Shown here: positions 20,901 to 29,768 of the stretch, piece after piece
Numbering within the stretch: the first letter of the stretch is position 1
Layout of the letters: the number at the start of each line of letters is the position of its first letter
From: an uncultured virus (IMG/VR IMGVR_UViG_3300007754_000002)
Lineage: Duplodnaviria; Heunggongvirae; Uroviricota; Caudoviricetes
Length of the DNA: 64,000 nt
IMG/VR virus record: IMGVR_UViG_3300007754_000002
Strand: one strand, 5' to 3'
Translations under genes and position numbers: made by a program
The notes under the pieces: generated by a model
Told to the model about the DNA's origin: nothing
The model's database searches: none
What the model saw: only the letters and a program-made list of their open reading frames with translations

Positions 20901-20948
20901 GTTAAGGAAGTTGACGAGCTGGAAGCTGTCTGGTTCCAGGGGGAGTAA
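15000..20948 (+). CDS. uvrD: UvrD/PcrA/Rep superfamily-1 helicase precursor with two inteins
   Basis: LTPEQ, AGAGSGKTRVL (I), TSFTRK (Ia), TTHS, VDEAQD (II), IGDDKQ|SIYEFRGAD (III), NFRSG (IV), TMHSWKGLE (V), ERRLAYVAITRA (VI); long N-terminal extension and acidic tail. Confidence 0.95.
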   Translation: MSFLMTTENAPAQPRIASQDAGAGHLLLIDLSAFFIGFQAYADVSRESGGGSPTLTQRGVVLIKRFQPLLIPQMEAVLGPLVDEDAAFARLRPQYRRAILAKRGAEQAAIQAGFLKEVFILLKRRPERLRQVFTGKASNGAMKLGRTVAQGDPRSILNQLALLPPMTSRRVLRKWLREAAKEVGAAPSPMEALISDVSEAKDMGARLRDLAARITAAREAGREEEAATLAEERAGLMAAVNEAAEESSAPAAVLGAAASAATSDPGHSYETEIGKKVNLTPEQEAAMMVRGRGIIAAGAGSGKTRVLAAKVFWHIDSGNMSPSNVLATSFTRKSSEELIRRIEDYGTSIDRWARDGFGTTHSIAGRMLNQIAPGFRRPEGYIGPKENWKHVTILRLAMEQVQMSVPGIRPPAPRGFWDEAVASASSLADEQAKEDLAEACTTAIGYFQWIMNQGWWSRGNKSFGRAPDMVQFLQHIRGKHPRELKDNEKKAANNIFKKAKRYRKPLRYRVAATKKAPVTPAPEGKVAAPVNFPAPDNGEGDSPGGKGAKLKEYKFYNVPAEQWFNIGAKLIQEDDKGGEVPVPLGVFKNFISIAKGQAVTPSQAWANGIEGVVQPESDEAAVYGAYEWLKGNDGEPKFQNLGDMTDLLIDTVSALVGSERVRGMVQNRFKVVMVDEAQDLNKCVHGDTEVQTPDGPKTVRNLQEGDQVLSYENGRVLYNRVRERVPSSWERGYKVHLSTGETLAMSPDHRIYATPLDGCREGEMALYLMYRKDMGFRIGTSARLFENRGTSQGRAAQEGADCAWILEIGTPEEMLFKEQALSLTHGVPTYIFGGTARGCDQDRINQLFQEFGENGRDLLGHYDLSFEHPHWVASAAERGRKNRQVVNFCAHRNKSGQRGSHVSMTWTNGDFDLNIPVYQIKEGRKMAARLTVDYAAGRAAALDIARRTGAFVVESLSLHNEKLPLVTASALFPGMKVPVWRGGVDLKTMLPIEDYKEIARRLEVSLDDVGGSRNTGKVEIHTFLRDLQIQRGVRDILPPVDGAVVDLVEIEQVEQIEGGDYWDISVEGAHNFFGNGVLSHNCQHILFGLIAGYYDHLTQEPREDKQMTADTYCLIGDDKQCLEKGSMISTPSGRVPLHTLSEGDSVLSYRNGQIVPQNLRHMVQSTWTWGYKVTLADGRTLTMSPTHKLWSTAAPTPGKVMVYLMHRSDLGFRIGITNKGWAKRGTGYLKGFGGRAFTEKAEKLWVLNVCDTREEALLLESSLSLEWGIPTCVFNGEKRGLNQDRINTIFQRFGGNGARLLEDRHLKESLPHWSSQGYTKHGRGRSVVQLTAHTAQGTQVTLEWPDDSLDERVAHIPPSRKGNVYTIRSDGGRRIRRYFPNYREGLRFAEALAEAVGGFLSHQLSTSEGKITYLTASALLVGMQLAVDDGEGGLDLMTITDIEKTKGEFIDVDVEDASNLFAEQILVSNSIYEFRGADPKEFINKSDMTPGGDQFSTRLITTNFRSGSSIVNSANSLIARNTAQGQQIPMTCNAFPGRKGEGEILRRSAASTSDAAVQVAEEIQGRIQDGLVPPHDKRKGHGGYAHFGVAVRSNREAYEYGIEMLKRGIPFKSKARFFNDKYSKAMIGWMTLAEGRSAEEENQALLDALAAPFSKVSPKTLQDRLSRVDGRWADQIQKPTVRRRVYRHPTALERLEKFAKNVKKAKAASGSPEEILNEILDLVGIDEQDFKNALITAVREDADRMAELEAAAAGDVTEDAIIEEALAPLAPLLGLLREKEDLNEAMGFVRRLKKVNDKISSGDDVDDLDRDAVTIGTMHSWKGLEAPEMFIPMVAGKFPRVPKGEEKAPEGPALWAERRLAYVAITRAEDRAILMDIPSTNPKARVHASQFFEEACIPIQGISGGEDEEEVREASIQEEEPQGQPEAGPAPGEEMDEDAILDLIDAVDKMPEDLPKGSEPLPEAPEDVKEVDELEAVWFQGE
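17046..18242 (+). mobile_element. Intein 1 (399 aa) in the helicase, just after Walker B
   Basis: DEAQDLNK|CVHGDT ... MSPDH (block B) ... YWDISVEGAHNFFGNGVLSHN|C. Confidence 0.92.
18360..19406 (+). mobile_element. Intein 2 (349 aa) in helicase motif III
   Basis: GDDKQ|CLEKGS ... MSPTH ... FIDVDVEDASNLFAEQILVSN|SIYEFRG; removing it restores GDDKQSIYEFRGA. Confidence 0.92.
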
Positions 20949-21769
20949 TGAGCACCTTCGTCCGATTGACTCGTCAGGAGTTTGAAGACTGGCTGGATCG
21001 CGACCTTGGCTATCGCGGGCGATGGAGCCTCAAGCAGGACAGGGGTGGTGTCTACCACATCCACCTCTCTGACCGCGTCGCGATCGAGATCAACTCAACG
21101 ACGGGTACTCAGACCCGTGTGATGGGCAGAGGCAGGGCTTCTATGAAGCTCCGGCTGATTTCCAGGATCAACGGTCATACCCTGAACAAGAAGTCGATGG
21201 GTCAATCCCACTTCGCCAGGACAATCAACTGGAAGAAGAACTGGAAGGCCGGCGTAGAGCGAGTCCGAGACGCCTACCTCAAGAGCCCCAGCTTCTATGA
21301 GAAGATCGCGGATAAGGACGCCTACAAAGCGAAGTGGGAGACCGCTATCCAGGGGATTCCCGGATGGGAGAACAACCCCTTCCTCATGAGTCTCAAGGAG
21401 AGGCTGGAGGAAGGTAAGACCCTGTCTGACCGTCAAGAGCAGGCGGTTGAACGATCCGTCGCCCGAAATCCAGCCCCTCGCAACCAGAGGCCGGTGGACG
21501 ACGACCCTGATGATTTCGAGATCCCCGAAGTTCCCGTGACCCCGACTCCGGTTGAGAACCCTCTCATCCAGCGTCTCCGAGTGCTCTGGGTACGGGCTCG
21601 GGATGAGAATGATTCCTGGGTCATGGGCTTCGCCCAATCTGTTGGACAACGCCTCAAGTCCGGACAAGACCTGACCCCTCGTCAAGAAGAGACCATGCAA
21701 CGGCTCTTCACCCGATACCGGGTGGCGGGGACCCTGCGAGTCGCGGACAGGTACCTGAACACCCGATAG
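20948..21769 (+). CDS. Hypothetical protein with two small helical modules and C-terminal RVADRY peptide
   Basis: TAATG coupling to the helicase; FLMSLKERLEEGKTLSDRQ and FAQSVGQRLKSGQDLTPRQ. Confidence 0.8.
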   Translation: MSTFVRLTRQEFEDWLDRDLGYRGRWSLKQDRGGVYHIHLSDRVAIEINSTTGTQTRVMGRGRASMKLRLISRINGHTLNKKSMGQSHFARTINWKKNWKAGVERVRDAYLKSPSFYEKIADKDAYKAKWETAIQGIPGWENNPFLMSLKERLEEGKTLSDRQEQAVERSVARNPAPRNQRPVDDDPDDFEIPEVPVTPTPVENPLIQRLRVLWVRARDENDSWVMGFAQSVGQRLKSGQDLTPRQEETMQRLFTRYRVAGTLRVADRYLNTR

Positions 21770-21823
21770 AGTTTTCGGGTAACTCTCCTGGCCGCGTTCG
21801 TATACAGGACCAGGAGGTTTCCA

Positions 21824-22117
21824 ATGATCGACCTGAGCGGTCTCCCGGACCACTATAGCTTCCGCGTCGAGGCCTACGACAACCGCTGGCGAGCGGTCCT
21901 CACCTGCTACGACTACGACGAGGATCTGATCGAGGAGGACCGAGCCGCCCTCGCCCAGAAGACCTGGGCTGGTGTCGAGGTCGAGATCGTCCCGGATCTC
22001 GGTGTGGACGTCCTCCAGGTCACCGGGGTCACCCTGAACGCCACCCTGAAGGTGATGCTGGAGGCCCGAGACTTCTGCCGGGCCTACGGAGATGAGATCT
22101 CCGAGTTCCCCTATTAG
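21824..22117 (+). CDS. Hypothetical protein
   Basis: Promoter motif 21778-21804 and AGGAGG RBS. Confidence 0.7.
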   Translation: MIDLSGLPDHYSFRVEAYDNRWRAVLTCYDYDEDLIEEDRAALAQKTWAGVEVEIVPDLGVDVLQVTGVTLNATLKVMLEARDFCRAYGDEISEFPY

Positions 22118-22125
22118 GACCATTC

Positions 22126-24252
22126 ATGAACCAGCCCCTCACCGTCACCGAGCACATCGGGAACATCCTTCAGGAGTGGATCACCGTCGCGGGGATCGAC
22201 ACCGACGTGTTGAACCCCGAACGTAGCTCGTGGAGCTACTCCCTGGGAGGCCGGTCCCTGGTAGGCACCGGCAACCAGCGTGACCATCTCAAGATGCTGG
22301 AGAAGGCGTGGGAGCTGGACCCCACCGGGGTCTCCCTCCTGATGCTCATCCGGGGCTTCTTTGAGGAGTGGCTTCAGGACCGGACGTTCAACGCCCTGGA
22401 CCTCATCCTCCATCGGGACCGCATAGAAGCGACTCTGAAGCCGATGGAGGCTCTCAGGGACCTCCTAGAGGGGGAGGAGTCGCTAGAGATCATCCTACCC
22501 TTTGAGCAGGCTCTCAGGGACGCCCTGACCTACTACGGGATAGAGGTCGGGGAGAACATCAACCGGTACATCGCGGACAAGCTCCTCCTCGCGGAGATTC
22601 GGCGGGATGCTCTCCTGGCGGTAGGCGAGCTGGAGTGCCATCAGTTCGTGAAGGGCGACGGACAGGATCGCCCGATCGGGTTCAACCCGCACGTCTGGGA
22701 GTTCTGGAACATCAACTCCCTGATCGCCGCGATGCGGGGACAGATGCAGCCAGGGGTCACCCTGTGTCTGATCCGCGACCCGGAGGCTCTCAACAGCTTC
22801 TTTGTCTTCGCGATCAAGAACGGGGACAACCTGCTCATCCTCACAGACAGAGCCAAGGTCCCCCACCCCGATTTCAAGCGAATGTCTCGGAGCTACGCCA
22901 AGGCTCAAACCCGAGACTTCCTCCAGAGGGCCAATCGGTTCTGGCTCCCCTATGACCTACTGGACCTGGAGGTCACGGAAGACCAGAAGGCTCTCCGAGC
23001 GAAGGCCCGCTCTGCCCTGGTCCCGAAGAACGCTGAAGGGGTCAAGCTGGCGGCGATCAAGGATCTCCACCCGACGCAGCTCCTCTGGCTAGTCATGATG
23101 TTCGACCGGATCAACGACGCCTTCTGGCGGGAGGGTCGAGTGGCCCCCCAGCTTTCCTACACGGGAGAGATGGTCGCGGAGCCCCATGCCCTCGTAGGGG
23201 CTAACGGGTCCCTGGTCCGAGAGGGGCACTACAAGCCCCTCCAACTCGCCCCCCTCGATCGGGAGGAGATGAAAGACGCCCACAAGGATGACCAGTGGGC
23301 CCGGAAGCCGACCGGCTGGAACCGGTGGATGATCGTCCGCTATGAGGATCAGGTCCCCGACCATGCCTTTAGCGTGGTCGGAGGCAGCAGCCTCCCTGCT
23401 CTCCGGGATTCCCTCCGGGAGGAGGGGCTGATTGCCCCGAAGATCCATCGGACGGGCTGGGAAGCGGATCCTTCCTCTTCTTTCTTCAAGCCAGATCGAC
23501 ATGGGCTGCGAGCCCTGGACCCTACGACCTTCGGGACCGCCAAGAGCCTGGATCGGGATCGTCGGTGGGCTGCTCGGGTCAACCAGTGTCGGGTTATCCA
23601 GCACCTCGCTGTTCAGGAGTACCAGCGGGAACGAGAGCGGGTCTGGAAGTGGTACCTCAACGAGGTCCGCTCTCGCAAGGAAGCTCTTCTGGACCGGATG
23701 GTCACGGAAGAGTGGACCCTCCCGACCTTCTGCCACCGATACGACTGCGAGCGAGAGGATCACCCGAATAACCTTCACCGGAACCCCTTCATCAACTACG
23801 GGCCTGACGGCTGGCGAGACCGGGTAAGGGACCGCAACGCAATCCAGACCGGACTGAACCCCAACCTCACGTTCGGCAAATACGGCGAGGGCCCCTGGTT
23901 CAAGGGTGTCCGGTTCTCTCCCTACCCGAGGAGCCATTCTGACGGCTGGCGGTGTGTGGACCGAGGGGTCAAGGCGAGCGTCTTCTACAGGATCACGGTG
24001 AATTGCCCCGAAGGTCTCGCGGCTCTCCTGGGGATGGAAATCGGGGACTTGCCCTGGCCGCTTCAGGAAACCTATTGGGGGGAGGAGCCGTACCACGGGA
24101 ACAGCATTCTGGACCGGTGCGACCCGGAAGACTTCACGCTGGAGAATCCCTGGATCAAGGGTTTCAACCTCAACATTAGCGCGGGGTTCTCCAAGAATGC
24201 CGCGAACGCTCGTAGGAAGAAGCAAGGACTTCCTCGGAAGAAGTGGATCTGA
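22126..24252 (+). CDS. Large hypothetical protein (708 aa)
   Basis: Long ORF with typical codon bias; no recognisable motif. Confidence 0.8.
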   Translation: MNQPLTVTEHIGNILQEWITVAGIDTDVLNPERSSWSYSLGGRSLVGTGNQRDHLKMLEKAWELDPTGVSLLMLIRGFFEEWLQDRTFNALDLILHRDRIEATLKPMEALRDLLEGEESLEIILPFEQALRDALTYYGIEVGENINRYIADKLLLAEIRRDALLAVGELECHQFVKGDGQDRPIGFNPHVWEFWNINSLIAAMRGQMQPGVTLCLIRDPEALNSFFVFAIKNGDNLLILTDRAKVPHPDFKRMSRSYAKAQTRDFLQRANRFWLPYDLLDLEVTEDQKALRAKARSALVPKNAEGVKLAAIKDLHPTQLLWLVMMFDRINDAFWREGRVAPQLSYTGEMVAEPHALVGANGSLVREGHYKPLQLAPLDREEMKDAHKDDQWARKPTGWNRWMIVRYEDQVPDHAFSVVGGSSLPALRDSLREEGLIAPKIHRTGWEADPSSSFFKPDRHGLRALDPTTFGTAKSLDRDRRWAARVNQCRVIQHLAVQEYQRERERVWKWYLNEVRSRKEALLDRMVTEEWTLPTFCHRYDCEREDHPNNLHRNPFINYGPDGWRDRVRDRNAIQTGLNPNLTFGKYGEGPWFKGVRFSPYPRSHSDGWRCVDRGVKASVFYRITVNCPEGLAALLGMEIGDLPWPLQETYWGEEPYHGNSILDRCDPEDFTLENPWIKGFNLNISAGFSKNAANARRKKQGLPRKKWI

Positions 24253-24255
24253 TCG

Positions 24256-24777
24256 ATGAGTTTTCTTGAACACCTCCAGACACTCAAGCGGCGAGTCCAA
24301 GAAGTAGAGACGAAGATCGCGGCGTTGGAGATGGAGCGACACACCCTTCATTGCGCCTTGCAGGATCTCGCGGTGAAGGAAATCCGCTCCAGCCCGGGAC
24401 GCTGGCTCGATTTCGACTGGTACATCCGAGATCTCCCCGATGCGGGAAAGCCTATAGTCCTCAGAGCCTCCCACATCGGCTCTGAGGACTACCAGGAGCA
24501 ATACACGAAGAAGCTCCGTGCCCTCGCCGGTCTGCTTGGGTGGTCCTACCATGACCGGACAGACCTCTGGGATGGGATTCGACTCCGAGTGGACGACGGG
24601 CAGATTCAGATCAGGGTACCGGCTGATCAGTTCAAGGCTTTCCTTGAGGAGACGGGGATCCGTTTCAACTACGCGAACCTCGCCCAGAAAATCGAGACCG
24701 CTAACGGTCAGATCACGGTTCTACAGCAGAACATCGACCAACTCCGAGAAATCCTTAGTCAGGCAGGTGTCGAATGA
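24256..24777 (+). CDS. Hypothetical coiled-coil protein
   Basis: Heptad-like N- and C-termini; operon context. Confidence 0.65.
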   Translation: MSFLEHLQTLKRRVQEVETKIAALEMERHTLHCALQDLAVKEIRSSPGRWLDFDWYIRDLPDAGKPIVLRASHIGSEDYQEQYTKKLRALAGLLGWSYHDRTDLWDGIRLRVDDGQIQIRVPADQFKAFLEETGIRFNYANLAQKIETANGQITVLQQNIDQLREILSQAGVE

Positions 24778-25073
24778 GCTGGGCTGACCACGCGATCAAG
24801 AAGCTTCAGGGGGGCGAGGAGGCAGTCGTCAAGCCGCGAGGCAACTCCATGAAGCCCCGCGTCAAATCGGGAGCCACGGTGACCCTGGAGCCCGTGAAGG
24901 TAGCCGGTCTGGAGGTAGGGGACGTGGTCCTCTGTCGGGTCAAGGGTCGGGTCTATCTCCATCTGGTGAAGGCGACTCAGGAGGGCCGAGTGCTGATCGG
25001 AAACAACCGCGGTGGGGTCAACGGCTGGACTCGTACCGTATACGGAAGAGCCGTTGAGATCGACAACTCGTAG
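24774..25073 (+). CDS. Peptidase S24/S26-like (LexA/signal peptidase fold) small protein
   Basis: GNSMKPRVKSG...LEVGDVVL...YLHLV...GNN. Confidence 0.75.
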   Translation: MSWADHAIKKLQGGEEAVVKPRGNSMKPRVKSGATVTLEPVKVAGLEVGDVVLCRVKGRVYLHLVKATQEGRVLIGNNRGGVNGWTRTVYGRAVEIDNS

Positions 25074-25339
25074 GAACCCCCTGATGAATGCTGCCTGCCC
25101 GAGATGGGGCGTGGGAGACACGGTCTACCTCATCCACCAACAGACGCCTCAAGCTGGCGTGATCACGACTGTCAGGATCTCCAAGCAGACGATCACGGAG
25201 GGTTGCCGGCTCGGCGGCAATGTCAGCTATGAGATCCGTCTGGAAGACGGTCTCCTAGTTACCCGCAGCCAAGGGTCGTTGTGGTCTGACCGAGCCGAGG
25301 TAGACGATTGGGTTCGACGAGTTCAGGAGGTGTGGCCTG

Positions 25340-25792
25340 ATGTATCCCCCTGACAAAGCAATCCAGGCTGCTGTCCGGGCAGCGAACCGATCTCCCTGTG
25401 CGAAGAGTAAGCGGGGGGTCGTGCTCTATCGGCCCGCGGTCGCAGGCGGCTACCGTATACTCTCAGCGAGCTTCAACAGCCCCCCGGAACCCTTTCGGTG
25501 CAAGGGTGACGCCACTTGCCGGGCGTCTTGCTCCAAGGTCTGCGTCCATGCGGAGGCTGGGGCTCTCCTGAGCTGCCGAGAGCCAATCACGGCAGCCGTC
25601 TCTATGCTCCATGTGAAAACGGTGGAGGGGGTTCTGGTTCCTTCTGGAGGCCCGAGCTGTTGGCAATGCTCCAGGTTGATTCTCCAGGCTGGGGTACCCT
25701 GGATGTGGCTCTATCAAAAAGCAGGGTGGGTCAGGTACTCCGCCGATATTTTCCACCGGCTGACGCTCCGGGCTTGCAAGCTCCCGGAGTAG
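25340..25792 (+). CDS. Cytidine/dCMP deaminase-family protein
   Basis: SPC...VHAEAGAL...SCWQCSRLILQAGV zinc-deaminase motifs. Confidence 0.85.
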   Translation: MYPPDKAIQAAVRAANRSPCAKSKRGVVLYRPAVAGGYRILSASFNSPPEPFRCKGDATCRASCSKVCVHAEAGALLSCREPITAAVSMLHVKTVEGVLVPSGGPSCWQCSRLILQAGVPWMWLYQKAGWVRYSADIFHRLTLRACKLPE

Positions 25793-25874
25793 GTCACAAA
25801 TTAGAGTGCCCTGGGGAGGCTATCTTTAGTGATAGCCTTGTAAGACGAAGCAAACCCCGGCATCCCCAGGACAC

Positions 25875-26987
25875 ATGTTGACCCTTCCCAAGCCCGACCA
25901 GATCGACCACCCCAGCCCGTTTCAGTCTCGCGTGAAGATCAGGTCAGTGGGGCTCTTGCCTGCGAGCCGCGAGGCTGAAGTGTTCGCCTCAGATGAACGA
26001 GGGACTCAGTGGTGCCGCTTTCACCTCCGCCGGACCTCCCGAGTGGTTCGTTCCTTCTTGGAAGGGCAGGGACACACGCCCTGGTCAGAAGGCGTCGTGG
26101 AGTCCAAGCAAGGATTCGGTCTCTTCGACCTCTCCGCGACCCAGATCGGGACCGATCTGGTAGATGAGGACAGCACCGCGGTGCTCACCGAGGTCACACT
26201 ACGAGACGTAAGGTAGGATTCCGCCATGACCGTCGAACTACTCACCGACCCGCACCTCGTCGTAGCTGAAAAAGGCATCAGCGAGAAGGTCAGGAATGGG
26301 AGGATGACCACGGGCGGTGGGGTAGTGGTGGCGACCCTCTCACGCAACAAGGATCGCATCCCAGGCGGGAGGGAGACCCTGAAGGATGGTCCGGCGGAGG
26401 GGTATGCGGGGAGACCGGTGCTGTCCCCGATCGTTGTCTCCCGAGTGGTGTCGATGGATCTGGACAGCCCAGATCTCTCTGAGCGTGTCGAAGAGACCTG
26501 CTTCCAGGTCCGGGAAGACTTCCTGAGGAAGAGTAGGGAGCGGCTGGGAGCGTCCCCCATTCGTCGGCCGAGGACACTGGTGACTGTCGTCCGTTACCCG
26601 GTCCACGTCTGCCCCAAGGGACAAGACATGTCCGCCCCAGCCATCAGCAGGGTTCTGGCTAACCACCCGGAGTTCTTCCGAGGCTTTGAAGCCCGGTGTG
26701 TGTTCTTCCAGGTCGTCCGGAGAGGGCGAGTCTCCCCGGGCAATTTTGACGTTCTCTCCAGACACGGGGATATCAACGTCACCCTCCCCAACCCGAGGGA
26801 CCTGCGACAGGCGGTGGATATCCACCACCTCATCAGGAGTGCCCGCTTCGTCATGGACCGAGCAGAGGCGGGTGAAATCATTGAGCGGGACTATGAGACC
26901 CGAGGGGGAGCGACGACCCGGTCTCTGGGTGGACCGACGGTGAAGAGAATTCCAAGTCTTCGGGACTCCTCCTGGCCTAAGAAATAG
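25875..26987 (+). CDS. Two hypothetical proteins (25875..26216, 26226..26987)
   Basis: AGGA RBS before each; a GATAG-type element at 25831 upstream. Confidence 0.6.
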
Positions 26988-27019
26988 CTCCACCTCGTAA
27001 AGGGTGCATAGGAGCTATT

Positions 27020-27745
27020 GTGACTGAGACTGTCGCTGAGCTGATCGCTCGGGTAGACCGGGACACCTGCCTTCACTCCAGCCACACCCCCAGGGTGAAC
27101 CACCCGGGCTTTCAGCGGGTGGTTCAGTGGGGGCCGGATGCTCTCCCCGCGCTCCTGGAGATCCTCCAGGGGCCTTCAAAGGGGTCCTGGTCGGTGTTGC
27201 TCGCCATCAGCGCCATCGCTGGAGTGACGGCGATCGACGTTGGCCCCGAAGACGCAGGGCGGTATTCCCGGATCCGGGACAAGTGGCTGGCCTGGGGGCG
27301 AGCGCAGGGGCATCTCCAGCCCCGGTTGGAAGCGGGGACGGAGTTGGACTCCGTGGTGACCATTGAGGTCATGGGTGGTTGTGCTCATGAAGTTGTAGAG
27401 GCGGGGAACCGCTACGTCTGCACCCACTGTCGCTGTGGATTCAATCACATGAGGCGGGCGATCGGGGAGATCGTCGTCTACCCGTACAGCAGTGAACCGG
27501 AGTTCGCCTGGAAGGTCGTAGAGAAGCTCTACGAGAGCGGGAAGAGGTTGAATTTGAGCCGGGATCTGGAGGGCCGCCATATCGTTGAGGTCCGCCGCTG
27601 GGTTCCCGGAGCTGTCGGGAAGATCTGGGCTGACGAACCCGAGATGAGGTTCACCGCGGACACGATGCCCCTGGCGGTCTGCGTAGCTGCTGTCCACCCC
27701 TGGCTTGATCCTCTCGTAGTCTCGCAGTTCAATGACCGTCGATGA
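27020..27745 (+). CDS. Protein with C-terminal phage ABA-sandwich-like domain
   Basis: PYSSEPEFAWKVVEKL ... ADTMPLAVCVAA resembles the Phage_ABA_S pattern as I recall it. Confidence 0.55.
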   Translation: MTETVAELIARVDRDTCLHSSHTPRVNHPGFQRVVQWGPDALPALLEILQGPSKGSWSVLLAISAIAGVTAIDVGPEDAGRYSRIRDKWLAWGRAQGHLQPRLEAGTELDSVVTIEVMGGCAHEVVEAGNRYVCTHCRCGFNHMRRAIGEIVVYPYSSEPEFAWKVVEKLYESGKRLNLSRDLEGRHIVEVRRWVPGAVGKIWADEPEMRFTADTMPLAVCVAAVHPWLDPLVVSQFNDRR

Positions 27746-28322
27746 CGCCTATCGAATCCTGAAGCTCACCCCCATTGATGAGTTTCTCGATCAGGGAGAG
27801 AAGAAGGGGTCCACGACAGTCATGCTGGTCGTGGCTGCAATTCTTGTCCGCAAAGACACGAAGGTGGTCGTCGTTCTACGGAACCAGAGGCACGCGGTCC
27901 TGTGTAAGGGGATCATCCTCGACTATATCGAGCGCCTGAACGCGCCTGGGGAGATTGTCCGCAAACTCCAGCAGCAGGGGAACACGGGCATCCGGTTTAC
28001 GAGCGGCGGGACACTCCTCCTGACCACCAACCGCAACTTCTTGAAGTTGCCTCAGGCAACAGGCCGGTGCGTCCTCCGGGACCAGGAATGGGAGCGGATC
28101 GTCACTAACCGGATCAAGGATCCCCTGGACCGGGTCCAGTATCTCGTCGAAGTCGAAAAGGACGGCGAGACGACCTATGAAGGGAGAGACCCTGCTTGGG
28201 ATTTTCTCTTTGAGATGACCCCAGAAGGGGCCCGTCGGCTTGTGGAGGACGATCTCATGCTCCAGCAGGTTCAGGAGGCTCCTGAAGCGATAGAAGCCCT
28301 CATTGGGATCTGGGGTCGGTAG
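27732..28322 (+). CDS. Hypothetical protein
   Basis: 196-aa ORF overlapping the upstream gene. Confidence 0.6.
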   Translation: MTVDDAYRILKLTPIDEFLDQGEKKGSTTVMLVVAAILVRKDTKVVVVLRNQRHAVLCKGIILDYIERLNAPGEIVRKLQQQGNTGIRFTSGGTLLLTTNRNFLKLPQATGRCVLRDQEWERIVTNRIKDPLDRVQYLVEVEKDGETTYEGRDPAWDFLFEMTPEGARRLVEDDLMLQQVQEAPEAIEALIGIWGR

Positions 28323-28345
28323 GGTCCCGGGACACACCACCCCAG

Positions 28346-28828
28346 GTGACCCTGATGCCCCTGTCCTTCGACTCTGAAGAAGCTTTCCGTGCTTCTTTCC
28401 CGAACGCCTTTCGCTACCGGAAGGTGTCTGACCCTCGGTTCCCGATTCTCGCGATCACGCTGACGGAGACCGTCTACGTTCGCAAGGCGTGGGGTCCGGG
28501 AGGGAGTGTTATCGAGGTCGAGTGCCCGGCTCACTCTCACGTCCTTCTGGTCAACACCGCGACTGGCGAAGTCTACCCCTGTGCTGCGAATGACCGGCGT
28601 CTCCCGGTCGGCTACCAGAAGCTTCGCTCGACCCCTTCCCTTCAGGTTGACAGCTTCGTCAGTGAAACCATCTGGGCTGTCCAGGTACGAAGGGACACCC
28701 CCATCACGGGCCTGGAAGGGCCTACGGAGGCCCCTGCGGGCTCCTGGTTGGCTTTCTCCAACGCCAAGAACCTCTACTTCATCACGAACGAGAAGTGGAT
28801 TCAGATGGGCTTTCAGCGAGTCTATTGA
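28346..28828 (+). CDS. PGDYG-like protein (duplicated TLEG/GEVYPC module)
   Basis: TGEVYPC and ITGLEGPTEAPAGSWL segments. Confidence 0.45.
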   Translation: MTLMPLSFDSEEAFRASFPNAFRYRKVSDPRFPILAITLTETVYVRKAWGPGGSVIEVECPAHSHVLLVNTATGEVYPCAANDRRLPVGYQKLRSTPSLQVDSFVSETIWAVQVRRDTPITGLEGPTEAPAGSWLAFSNAKNLYFITNEKWIQMGFQRVY

Positions 28829-29244
28829 GCCATCTCGCGTAGCCGATGGATGAGCGGCCGGAGCCATTCTCCCAGGCACGCCAGGATATCGGGCTCCTCA
28901 TCCGACTGAGCCTCCTCTTCGGTATGAGGCGAGTCCAGCTCCCGGCTCTCCAGCAGAGCCCAATAAGCCCATTGCCCCGCCTCTACGACGACTTCAGACC
29001 ACTCCCGCCCTAGCGGAATCTCCCAATCCCAGCGGGTTCGTCTCGCCGTCCCCGCTGGGATTGCCCAGACCACCCAGCGGGTGTCCGCCCAGATAATGAT
29101 GCAGGTGCCCAGAGAACAGGTGCCCTGATAGGCGAGGTTGGAAGCAGGATGCCAGGACCACTCAACAGGCGTCATGATCGTGAGTCGACTAGAACCACGG
29201 GAATATTGCGGGGTCACTCGTATAAGGAGGTGAGGAGAGGAGCG

Positions 29245-29768
29245 ATGGACCCCCGGTATCTGAGAGACCTGCTAGAGACGATTAGCGGCTGCTATGCCGC
29301 TGACGGGCCGATGGAGCTATCCAGCCAGGACAGCCGAGACGTTCGGGATCACCTCGCGGGCTGGATCTCGCTGGGCTACCCGGTCACTGAGGTCTGGGCG
29401 ACAGCCTCTCGGGTGTTTGAGGACTTCGGTGGGGTTGTGCTTCGGGAGCCGTCGTGAGCAACCCCTTCCTGACAGAGTGGAGAGTCCTCGTGGTGGACTA
29501 CATGTCCACTCACGCGGAAGCTTACGAGCTACGGGACCCTATCCGAAGAGACGGACTACTGAAGACCGAGCGGGATCTCAGGGAGGCCGAGGAAGCCCAT
29601 GAGAAGGCCCGGAGAGCCCTACTCGCAGCTTCGCTCCCCAGACTGATGGGGACTCTGAACGAGCTAGGGGCGGAGGCGGGTCGGGCTCTTGCGATGCGGT
29701 GTCCCGCGACCAAAATCCGAGCCCTCTTGTTGAATGAAGTGTCCGCCTGGGAGGAAACCCACCGATGA
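29245..29768 (+). CDS. Two small hypothetical proteins (29245..29457, 29454..29768)
   Basis: Promoter motif at 29218, strong RBS, coupled stop and start codons. Confidence 0.55.

Noticed and set aside
25035..25460. CGTATA matches at about 25037 and 25454
   Set aside because: Inside coding regions, CCGTATA context, no upstream GGTAAC-like box
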